Shown: positions 50,844-61,869 of the stretch, piece after piece
Layout of the letters: the number at the start of each line of letters is the position of its first letter
Position numbering within the stretch: position 1 is the first letter of the stretch
From: Octopus sinensis
Taxonomy: Eukaryota
DNA: 61,869 nucleotides
Assembly (NCBI RefSeq): GCF_006345805.1
Contig: NW_021835447.1
Span: forward strand, 1-61,869
Direction of reading: 5' to 3'
Made by a program: the position numbers and the translations under genes
Notes under the pieces: generated by a model
Seen by the model: the letters and a program-made list of their open reading frames with translations, nothing else
The model's database searches: none
What the model was told of the DNA's origin: nothing

Positions 50844-51328
50844 TATATTATACACACACACATATATATAGATAGATATATAGATAGATATACATATATA
50901 TACATATATATATATATATACATACATTTATATATATATACATATACTAATATATATATATATATATATATAGATATATATATATCTATATACACACACA
51001 CACATATATATAAGATAGATAGATAGATATACATATATATATATATATAATATATTATACATACATATATATATATATATGTACTTATGTGGGTATAATA
51101 TATATATATTATACACACACACGTGTAAATAGATATATACATAACTTCATATAGATATATATTTATGTAAGTATACATATAAGTGTGTGCGCGTATACAT
51201 ATATATATATATATATAATATATATAATATATATATATGATATATTAATGTGTGTATGTATGTATGTATGTATGTATGTATGTATTCTGTATATATATGT
51301 ACATATATACCTGTCACACACAACACAC

Positions 51329-51359
<31 letters not shown>

Positions 51360-51373
51360 AACCCACACCACAC

Positions 51374-51404
<31 letters not shown>

Positions 51405-51405
51405 A
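50555..51405. repeat. Very long interrupted (TA)n/(CA)n/(TAGA)n microsatellite field
   Basis: Directly visible. Confidence 0.95.
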
Positions 51406-51699
51406 TGTAGATGTTTTCGTTGTAAACGAAAGAAAAGAACACTAAACATATAGTATAAAGTTTATGTTAATCGGTATAGAGTTACAGAATCACTTCATTG
51501 TTACTCAGAGATTCACACACACAAGGTATGTGTGATCAGTCTAAAGAATAGATAGTAATAAAGTTATGCCTGCAAAGCTCTAACCAGGCCAATTTCCATC
51601 ACTTCAGGGTGTAGACCGAAGAACGAAGATAAATGGGTTATTTTTGGTGTAAAAAGCGACTAACCAGTCTAGAGTTGTGGATATCAAGTGCAAATACTT

Positions 51700-52130
51700 T
51701 GCGGTGCTCATTAAATTGGATAGCTATGAGTCTGAGGTGAGTCTGAGCCTGGAACTTTCAGACCTCTCGAAATTATCCAAAAGAATCCTCTTCCGATGAC
51801 AACTGATATAAAATGTATCTGACACTCAGATAATTGATCTCGCTTGCTGTTTTACTATCGATCTTTTCTGCTTGCAGTTTTGTGATCCGTTTAATATATG
51901 CTGATTCTTCGACGATGCTCCATGTTATAGGACGGCACTCTGAACCTTGTACTCTGAGTTTCCATATGGACTGGGAAACTGATTTGTAGTTTTCAATATT
52001 CCTTTTTTTTTTCTTTTGGTTGTGAGTCGAGGATTGAGGGAAATGCTTTCAAAAAGAAACGACTCATTAAAGGATGTTGTGCCTATTATAAAAAAGACGA
52101 GTTGTCACGGCTGGAAGGCTTTCATCATAG
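51700..52130 (-). mobile_element. PLE endonuclease C-terminal relic
   Basis: FIIGTTSF..; VSQSIWKLRVQGSECRPITWSIVEESAY resembles LSKYIWxLK..I.WSI. Confidence 0.5.
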
Positions 52131-52240
52131 GCCTGACCAATTAGGATTGGCTTGGATCTGTATACATACACACACACATTCTGTATATATATATAAGATA
52201 GATAGATAGATTAGATATATATATAGATAGATATATATAT

Positions 52241-52303
<63 letters not shown>

Positions 52304-52624
52304 TTTACATAGATATATACACATACGTGCATAAAGATATTTGCATATGTACATACATACAGATATACATTAAAAAGTTTTTTACACAAAACCTGACAAT
52401 GGACCTTGGTGCCCAAATCCTGAATTGAAAGACTTCGCCAGGTGGTCCTATTAAATTAGACATGGCCTGGGCCAATACTGGCCAAAACCTTTCTAAGTTA
52501 TTCTAAGTTATTCAATGGATATTAAAATGAGAATCACTGAGGAGAAACAGACAGACGTGTAGATGGAATGTAAAAAGATAGGCGGGTAGAGGGAAAATAA
52601 GAGAGATAGACAGGTAAAGTAGTA

Positions 52625-52865
52625 AAGTTACCTTCTCGAGTTATGCTGACTCATAAGGGCCGGTTTCCTGGTTTCATGGCGTATATATTCCTCACCATGA
52701 TGGGACGCCGGTTCGTCGTAGGATTATTCATTTTAGCTACCTAAATCGACTGGAGTAATGTGAAATAAAGCGTTTTGCTTAAGAACACAATGCGTCGCAC
52801 GGTCTGGGAATCAAAACCATAGTCTTACGATCATGAGACCAACACCATAACCACTATGCCACGCG
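52625..52865 (-). mobile_element. SINE family C, tail type 3
   Basis: Matches 7985-8210. Confidence 0.82.
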
Positions 52866-52969
52866 CGTCCAGTAATAGACAGGTAGATAACGTTAAGAGA
52901 TAGACAAATCGACAGATAATTAGAGGGCCAAGCAGCAGAGAGACAGGCAAGTAGGTAGGCTGGTAAGAA

Positions 52970-53410
<441 letters not shown>

Positions 53411-54315
53411 GGAGCTGAAGGAGACAGAGATAGAGCGTGTGTGTGTGTGTAAGTGACTGAGTTAGGCATCTTCAAAATGGAAGCATACATAAGAGAAATA
53501 GTGTCTGATATAGAAAAAGAACAGATAATCCTAGCGAGAAAGCTTTTATCAATGGTCTGCTCAATCAGGAATGAACTGGAGCTAAACCGCAACTATGCTT
53601 CAAGTCAACGAGGAATCCTCTTCGTCTGTAATTTCAAAGACTTACTCTATCATTGATCTCTTCGGCTTGATGCATTTTGCTCCCTTGCAAAACTATAAAC
53701 TGCAAAAATCTCTCTTTATAAACTCCCAAGTCACTGCCAAAGCGCAATTTTCACAGTGTGAACACTAATATACAGACACATACATACAAACATACATACA
53801 TACATACATACACATACATACATACATACATACATACATACATACATACACACGCGCACACACAGACACACACACACATACGCGCACACATACACACACA
53901 CACACACACATGGAAAATACAGGGAAAAGAAAGGATTGGAAATGCATTGAATTTTTGTATGTACATATATGAATAAAATAAGTTTTATTTTTTAGCATAG
54001 AAGGTAAATACTTCTAATATATATCTATATATACGAAAATAAAGACACAATGTTATGTTTCTGTAGAAAAAAATGTGTTTTACATAAGAGTTTTATTGTA
54101 AGTTTATTGGTGTATATTTTCACAGAGTGAGTTTTGCACACACAAAAAAAGAGAATCACATTTTGCAGAAAAGTTTTCCTATAAAAAAAAGTGCATGCTT
54201 TAACCAAAGAAGTTTTATAGGAATATGAAAAAACACGTTTTACTACCAGGTTTACGCTGTTATCAGCTTTGCTAGAGTTTAAAGTATATTCTTCAAGGCA
54301 ATATTTAGCTTACGT

Positions 54316-54500
54316 AAGGCGGCGAGCTGGCAGAAACGTTAGCACGCCAGGCAATATGCTTACTGGTATTTCGTCTGTGTTTATGTTCTGAGTTCGAATT
54401 CCGTGAAGGTCGACTTTGCTTTTTATCCTTTCGGGCTCGATAAATTAAATACCAGTTGCGTACTGGAATCGGGCGTTGTGCCTAGAGTAGAAAAGAATAT
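54316..54500 (+). mobile_element. SINE family A
   Basis: AAGGCGGCGAGCTGGCAGAAACGTTAGCACGCC..TGTGCCTAGAGTAGAAAAGAAT. Confidence 0.9.
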
Positions 54501-54544
54501 TTAGCTCACGTATGTATGTGTGTCCGTGTATATATATATATATA

Positions 54545-54730
54545 GGGAGAGTTTACGAAAAAAACAAAAGACGAAGACAGCTGGTGTACAAAACAAACAG
54601 ATGTATTAGTATAACGCTCAGGAATATAAAAAGTATTTTACGTTTCGAGCCTACGCTCTTCTACAGAAAGAGACACAGAAAAAACAAGGAGAGAAAAAAA
54701 TGTGTGTAGTGGCTAACGATCTATTATGGT
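54545..54730 (-). mobile_element. PLE pLTR-like repeat with a minimal hammerhead variant
   Basis: Minus strand TTT-CTGTAGA-A-GAGC-GTAG-GCTC-GAAA-CGT-A-AAA (54669-54636); reverse-complement homologue of 56950-57145. Confidence 0.7.
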
Positions 54731-54742
54731 ATTTATATAGAT

Positions 54743-54780
<38 letters not shown>

Positions 54781-55559
54781 ACACACACACACATATATAT
54801 ATACATATATGGGGGGGATTCTGTCTGTGGGTGTGTTTGTGGAGTTGTTAGGTAACTCCTCTTACATCGTTTTATCGATTTTGATGAAACTTGACACTCT
54901 GGAAACTTCATGCAATACTCAGATTGTTGAAAACAATCGATGATAGAGCCCTGGAAGAGATCCTTATATATATCCAAGGGAAATAACCCATTCATTTCCC
55001 TAAATTATTTGGTAAAAATGGAATTGAGTATGCTTATTTCTTAGTATTTGAGCTGTTAGAGTTATTTTCGCAATTTATCCAGTGGTTGTCTTTTGAGATG
55101 TGAAATGGATCATCGTTTGTTACTGAAAGAACGGAGGTTCACATACTTCCCTTGTACACGCACACACCTACACACATATGCTCACACAGAGTTGAAACAC
55201 TGTTTAATTTTCCTTTCCAGCGTTGAATGCTCACCATCCCACTTCTATTGCACACAAACACACACACAAACATTCACATACCTCGCTTTTACATACGCAC
55301 ACATATACTCACACAGATTTGAACTGCTGTTTTGATTAGTTTTCACCGTAGAATTTCCATCACTCCACCACCAAGTTTGCCATCACCCCTTCCTTCCTTA
55401 TTCAACTATCCTTTCTCATCTATATGTTGTGACGGAGAAAAACACAAGAGTATTATTATAGTAGATAATATGATAGACGCCGAGTGAATTTAAATTTTAG
55501 CGTAAATTATATTTTAGGAGAAAATCGCAGATTAAATGTAAAAAGAAGGCTCCATAAAT

Positions 55560-55740
55560 CTGTTATTTCTGTCGGACGTTAGGAAAAATTACGGTTATAA
55601 ATTCAAAGCATAATATTATGAGTGTCAAAGGGGCGCTGAACATCTGATTTTTTAGTAATCCCTAGAGAAAGAAGTCCGGAGGACTAAGGTCTGGAGACCT
55701 TCGGGGTCATTCCACGGGTCCGCAGAAGTCTATCCATCTG
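55560..55740 (-). mobile_element. Tc1/mariner-superfamily transposase C-terminal relic
   Basis: GPVE*PRRSPDLSPPDFFL*GLLK matches the WPPRSPDLxPxDFFLWGxLK motif. Confidence 0.7.
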
Positions 55741-56099
55741 CAATTAGCAATATTCAATAAATTCAATAGGACTCGGTTACTTCTGGGCCACCTTGCATAT
55801 ACAAAAGCGTATACGTAGATATCAATTATTAGAAATCGAAACTTTAAAGGACATTACTCTGAATTATCCGTTGCCGTTTTATAGACAATAAAGAGAAGTA
55901 GAACATAAAAGTTGGCATATAATGAATGTGTAGTAAAAAAATATGTTTAACTATAATATAGAACGTTGACTGGTTGGCATGGAATAACAAAGAGGTATAA
56001 TTTATGATGTAACCGTTGTTTGGAATCTCAGTTGAGGTTTGACACATTAAGAAGTAAAAATAGGAATCACAAAAATTATTATTGTAGGCATGGAAACAT

Positions 56100-56215
56100 A
56101 TATGACTCTATGGCAAATACATACGTATACACACACACACATGCACAACCACCACACACACCCATGTAAATATATATATAATATACACATACATAGATAC
56201 ATATATATATATATA

Positions 56216-56254
<39 letters not shown>

Positions 56255-56501
56255 TACATACATATATATATATATATATGCATATATATACATACATATA
56301 TATATAATATTCACTTCTATATAACTGTTTTATAAAGCTTTGTTGCTATTCACAATCACCTTTTTAACAATCATCTTTTATTCTGTGTGTGTGTATGTGT
56401 GTGTGTGTGAGTGCGTATGTGTGTGTATGTATATATATATGTATATGCATATGCATGCATGCATGTATGTATGTATGTATGTATGTATATATGTATGTAT
56501 G

Positions 56502-56554
<53 letters not shown>

Positions 56555-56757
56555 TCTTTCATTCTTTCATGTGCTCCTGCCTGAAATCTGTGGTCATATT
56601 TCTTTTTTATTAATTTCAATCATTGAACATTGGCCATGCTGAAACAGCCTTGAATGGATTACTCGAGCAATGGTGGTTGAGCACGGGTCAGTCGGTCCTA
56701 AGAAGCGAGTGAAAACCTCCACGAAAAGCGCCAGAATCCATGGTCGTCGGAACGAAA

Positions 56758-56792
<35 letters not shown>

Positions 56793-56830
56793 CATACATA
56801 CATACATACATACACATACATACATACATA
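56100..56830. repeat. Compound (TA)n/(TG)n/(TATG)n/(TACA)n microsatellites with SINE scraps
   Basis: Directly visible. Confidence 0.9.
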
Positions 56831-56839
56831 CATACATAC

Positions 56840-57145
56840 TCTCTTATACACACACGCACCTTTATGTTGGGGGCACCTTCGTTTTGGAAGTCACCTGACC
56901 CTGTTATCTCCCCTACTGTCCCTCTCGAGTCTGACCATTGTCCGAAGTCAGGACGCCATGATAGATCGTTAGCTACTACACGCATTTTTTTCTCTCCTTG
57001 TTTTTTCTGTGTATCTTTTTGTCGAAGAGCGTAGGCTCGAAACGTAAAAGACTTTTTCTATTCCTGAGCGCTATACTAATACATTTGTTTGTTTGTACCA
57101 CCTGCCTTCGTCTTTTGTTTATTTTCGTAGACTTTCCCTTTATAT
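56840..57145 (+). mobile_element. PLE pLTR-like repeat with a minimal hammerhead variant
   Basis: TCTTT-TTGTCGA(57019-25)-A-GAGC-GTAG-GCTC-GAAA(57039-42)-CGT-A-AAAGA, giving a 5-bp stem I. Confidence 0.7.
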
Positions 57146-57387
57146 ATTATATTATATATATATATTATATAGATATATATATATATATATTATCTGTATA
57201 TATATATTGCTGTTTTTACTGAGATCTCCCTTTTTAGTAAAGAAATAGCTATAACTCTTTGACTGCTATTTCTAAATTCGGTATTTGGTAAGGCAATTCG
57301 TTGCTAAACCCTTTAGTGCTTAGTATATATATATATATATATATATTATCCGAGTTTGTATGATTGTGTATAGAATATATTATTTTC

Positions 57388-57596
57388 CAATCTAGGCACA
57401 AAGCCCGAAATTTGGGGGCAGAGACCTAGTCGATTACATCGATCCAAATACACAACTGGTACTTAATTTATCGATCTCGAAAGGATGAAAGGTAAAGTCG
57501 ACCTCGGCGGAATTTGAAATCGGAACGTAGCGGTAGACGAAATGCCGCTAAGCATTTCGCCCGGCGTGCTAACGTTTCTACCAGCTCACCGCTTTA
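57388..57596 (-). mobile_element. SINE family A, full length
   Basis: Reverse complement of head-body-tail. Confidence 0.9.
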
Positions 57597-57716
57597 CAAT
57601 TTTACAATATTGAAATAAACTAGTACTTTCATGCTTTACAGAACCATCAGCTTTGTGTGTGTGTGTGTGTGTTTCTCTTTCCCCTTTTTAATTTAATTTA
57701 GTGTAGATGATTTTTT

Positions 57717-58000
57717 GGAGGCACATGGCCTAGTGGTTGGAGCAGCGGACTCGCGGTCGAGGGATCGCGGGTTCGAATTTCAGACCGGGCGATGTGTGTG
57801 TTTATGAGCGAAACACCTAAGCTCCGGCAGAAGGTAAGGGCGAACTTCTGCTGACACTTTCGTCACAACTTTCTCTCACTCTTTCCTGCTGTAGCTCACC
57901 TGCGACGGACCGGCGTCCCGTCCAGGTGGGTTTCCTATACGCCAAGGAAACCGGGAAACCAGCCCTATGAGTCAGACGTGGCTTGAGAAAGAACAAACAG
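57717..58000 (+). mobile_element. SINE family C head with V-SINE-like tail
   Basis: GGCCTAGTGGTTGGAGCAGCGG..GGGTTCGAATTTC; CCTGCGACGGACCGGCGTCCCGTCCAGG..GAAACCGGGAAACC. Confidence 0.8.
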
Positions 58001-58992
58001 CCACAACAAATCATTTTGACCGGCCACCTATTTGGTTGCAAGATTGTGAAGGAAAGCATCTTACTTTAACCATCATCTTAAGAAGGTCTTGGAAATTTGT
58101 ATAGTCTCGTGTGTATTTATGTACGTATGTATGTACATATCAGTTTTCAAACAATTACTTCGCTGGTTACATTTTTTGAAGATGCTAATAACAGGTTAGA
58201 TGCAATGCATTTGTGTCTGACCCTAGGCAGGTATTGTTCTTTAATCACAATTTCGGTTTTCTCGCCGTTGGTTTAGCAAAGCGCCTTAAAACCAAAACTT
58301 TGTCAGTAGCCTCACTATAAACAACAAAGTACGATATAATCCCACGCACAAGATACATTTCTTTTATAGGTTACAAAATCAATTTTTCTGATAACCCTAA
58401 ATGTAGGTTAATCAACTCCACTAAAACTGAGTTATAATTAGCAATCGCTTCCTAAATATATAATAATAATTTATAAAAAATGCAAGCTCTCTTCAATTAT
58501 GGCACCACACTATGTCTATACCAGAATAGTATAGTAGTCTTAGCGACAAACAACATCGCTACTTTCACTAATTTGATGTTAGCATGCCATCTTTTTATAA
58601 TTATGCCCTTCATCTAGAAAGTTACTGACATCCTATTAATTAGGGAATTTGATCACATGATTCCGGGTTCAGTCTCACTGCGTGGCACTTCGAATTAAAG
58701 CCCCGGGGCTATAAGAGAAGACACTTACCTGAAGTGTATACACACACATACACACCCACACACACATGTGCACACTTCGCTTATCTTCTATTATATATAC
58801 ATGTGTGTATGTACGTGTCTATAAGCATAACATGTTTATATATATTCATACATTCATATATATATATATTATATATATATATATATATATAATATATATA
58901 TATACATACATGCATACATAATATATACAAGCATATGTATGCATGTATGTATGCATATATGTATGTATGCATGCATGCATGTATGTATGTAT

Positions 58993-59222
58993 TATAGTTC
59001 TATATTTAAGAGATGAGGAATTATGTACATTATTTACATTTGACGGATATTTATCCTCATCTTGTTGTTAACACAACGTTTCGGCTGATATACTCATGAA
59101 GTATCTTGGGGAAATTTCGAACCTGGATTCTCATTTCTAAGGTATTTTTCGATGTTGTTGTTGTTGTTATTATTCAGGTCACTGCCTGGAATCGAGCTCA
59201 CAATCTTGGGGTTAGTAGCTAC
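58993..59222 (-). mobile_element. Short element with a tRNA-like head fragment and a partly deleted hammerhead
   Basis: Minus strand GATTGTGAGCTCGATTCCAGG..(AAC)n..GATAC-TTCATGA-GTATATCAGCC-GAAA-CGT-T-GTGTT. Confidence 0.5.
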
Positions 59223-60456
59223 TAATATTGCCCTCACTTCCCGACCAAATGAAGGAGGCGGGGCGACCTTCACAATGGACTCGGACGATAGCCGGATCCA
59301 TCCTACACGTGAGAATAACTGTTCGACAACGCTCCACAAGTCAGCAATGAGTGAACACTGTATGATAACATGCAGAACGGTTTCATCGCTCCGCGTGTAT
59401 TTCGGACAAGCCCGACTGATTGCACACCGGTGCCTGTAGAGCTTACCTCGAACCGGCAGCGTCCCCAGGTAGCACTGCCTGCCCAGGTATTTCTGGAAGT
59501 TATCCATAGTTCCCGGCCCGAAAGTCCTCCGGAAGAGACCAGCCAGCTGATTCCCCTCGACGCCCAGGTCGTCTCTGAGTACGTCGTCGCTCTTGCTCTC
59601 TACTAATCCCCTATAGAACTCCAAGGTGGAACTTCCACTGACCGTACTGCCTGACTGGCCGAGGGCTGTGAGCGCTTGGAGACACTCTAGGTACCAAGCT
59701 CCCCACCCCAGTCTCTGCCTGATCCGGAACTGTAGCTCCGTGAAGGAGACGAGCTGCGGAAAAGCGCGTTCACCAAACGGCGACACACCTGCTCACCGTT
59801 AAGGCATCGCTGGAGATGTCACAGCCTCAGCGCATGTCTGCACATCCTTAGCCTCCGCATGCCCATTCCTCCACGCAACGAGTGCTGCCAGCAAATGGAC
59901 CGTCTGACAAGCGGTACTTGCCCCCTCTACAGGGAGCAGAAGAGCAAACACACCAGCCCGTTCAATCACGAGGCGGGAAAAGGGATGACAGTCAAGCGGT
60001 AGTATATGACGGATGCGATGTACGTATTCGCCACCTCCACACGACCTATCAGGACAGCTTCCTCTCGGCCCATTTCTGGGTGAGACTGGCTACCCTGTCT
60101 GTCACCTCGCTCCCGTTCTTGTCCACTTGGAGATCTGGACTGAACTAGACCCCGAGCAACTTAACAGGTCCTTCCGTCCAGCGCCCCACCGCACTGTCGG
60201 CTGGCATGGGCCTGCCTCTCCAGGTGCCGAGCTGCAGACCCACTGACTTCTTCTGATTGACTATTGCTCCTGTCACCGTTTTGTATTCCGTTAGGGTAGT
60301 GCTGACCATCTCGATTTCCGAGATGTTCGACACTATCACGTTGACGTCGTCCGCATATACTGACACGAACCTTCTGCATCCCAGTTCACGCGAGATGCTC
60401 CTCGAAACGTCCAGCTTCCGCAGTAATGGCTCAAGTGCTAGTACGTGGAGAAGGGA
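59223..60456 (-). mobile_element. Tx1/L1-clade LINE, truncated RT plus C-terminal zinc knuckle (pseudogene)
   Basis: LLHVLALEPLLRKL..SVYADDV (60357-60346)..VNQKKS..VKLLGV; ACPKYTRSDETVLHVIIQC. Confidence 0.92.
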
Positions 60457-61171
60457 TTAGCCTCTGCTCAGTCATTAAACATATCCTTCAAGTAGCACTG
60501 CATCACTATCCTGTTCTCTTCGCTGGTCTACTTTTTCCTCCTTACTCTATTATCTGCTGATGCTGTTTTACGATAACAGCTGTGTTCAGTCTGAACCACT
60601 GCCGAGCGAGAGACCTCTTAAAGGTTCAACCTGATTTTCGCTGTTACAATCTGAGTTTCCACGCAAACTCCTGCGTCTCATACACTGAGGTAAGGTAACG
60701 TTCGTCACCATCGTCATCACCACTATTATTTTTAGACATCTGATAGTTTCAAATAACTTTCTATTGCTTCACTTGCTGCACTTTTGTGCTGGTGAGAAGT
60801 GCGTGTGCTTCAATTTTTTTTTTTCATTTTTTCCATGGGGAATATTGTGTTGCATCAGTATGTTTTGTTATGGGGTTTGAGTTGAGTCTTCTGTTGTATT
60901 AGTTTTTGTATTGTGTTGTTTGTGCAGGTTGTGTTCTGTTAGGTATGTGAGCTTTGTTAATTTTATTAGGCATTCCTGTATGTTTTTGAAGAAGTGTTTC
61001 ATAGAAGTGTGTGCGAATCAAATCTCAACCATTCCATAGTATTCATGGTTAACTGTCCATCGTTCTTTTTCGATTTTGTTATGGGTCCGTCTTTACAACG
61101 TTTACTTTTTGACGGATCACCGCCCATGGACATGTGTTAATGAATCAAACGGGCATGATGGAATCAAACGA

Positions 61172-61183
61172 TATTATTATTAC

Positions 61184-61238
<55 letters not shown>

Positions 61239-61260
61239 GTTGTTGTTGTTATTATTATTA
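61172..61260. repeat. (ATT)n/(GTT)n microsatellite
   Basis: Directly visible. Confidence 0.96.
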
Positions 61261-61869
61261 TACAAATTCATGGTAATAGTGATTGTACAGGTAAAATAAT
61301 CTATGCAGCCCCCATCAATGATTCCAAATGTAAAAATAACCAAAATACATTATACGGTATAATCCATTATATAGTCTAAATGTCGGCATTCTCAAATTTA
61401 ATTTCTTTCTGGTTTCCAACAAGTCATAGATATCATAATTTCTTTAACCGAAATACGATGAAAGTTATCTATTCCTGCAGTGAAAATTTTACAATATAAT
61501 TTCATAACTTATTCAACAATACAGTCTCTTGTAATTGCATTACCTCAAGCCATTTTATCACACCGAACCGCCAGTAATTGGTTAGTGAAAGTTTTAATCT
61601 ATTGTGTTAAAGTCCAACACCACAATACTATTGCCGCCAAAACTTTCAAGACCTGCATTAAAACGGATTTCGTCATTATATCCATCCATCGATGAAACCT
61701 GGAAGAAATGTTGATGGAAGCCTCTCAAAAGACGTCTCGTTCTAAAGAACAGAACGCGTGGCAATTAAAATCCAGTAATCGACCCTTAACTATGCTACCC
61801 CTTAAGCCTGCGCTTACATTTTATTCGAATTTCATACAAATTTCATTCAAAATACATGTGTGTGTATTC

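Noticed and set aside
53453-53699. 67-aa plus-strand ORF and a 54-nt minus-strand exon candidate (AG..GTAAGT)
   Set aside because: No recognisable homology, weak pyrimidine tract and no partner exons
60580-61698. Isolated splice-like signals (GAG|GTAAGG at ~60689; TTCTTCCAG| at ~61699 on the minus strand)
   Set aside because: No consistent open exon chain

Overview
AT-rich, microsatellite-saturated metazoan DNA. The SINE families and repeat style look like an Octopus genome, by recognition rather than database search. No intact host protein-coding gene can be supported, and almost all long ORFs in the track are microsatellite artefacts. The window is a transposon graveyard: two mariner copies, a Tc1-like fragment, Tx1/L1, CR1 and RTE LINE relics, Helentron-type non-autonomous elements, MITEs, about 30 tRNA-derived SINEs in at least three modular families, and at least 7-8 Penelope-like element (PLE) relics. 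The strongest hidden signal is about 15 type I hammerhead-ribozyme (HHR) motifs, intact to degenerate, most with a palindromic stem III right after GAAA. Three elements carry these HHRs as outward-facing pairs in long inverted repeats (22309-22786, 31882-33532, 45910-46177). Their spacers range from a 1-kb PLE ORF remnant down to a 9-nt loop, so the smallest is a non-coding foldback encoding a canonical self-cleaving ribozyme on each strand. All folds were worked out by eye and none were computed or tested. Element boundaries are approximate unless TIRs or TSDs are given.
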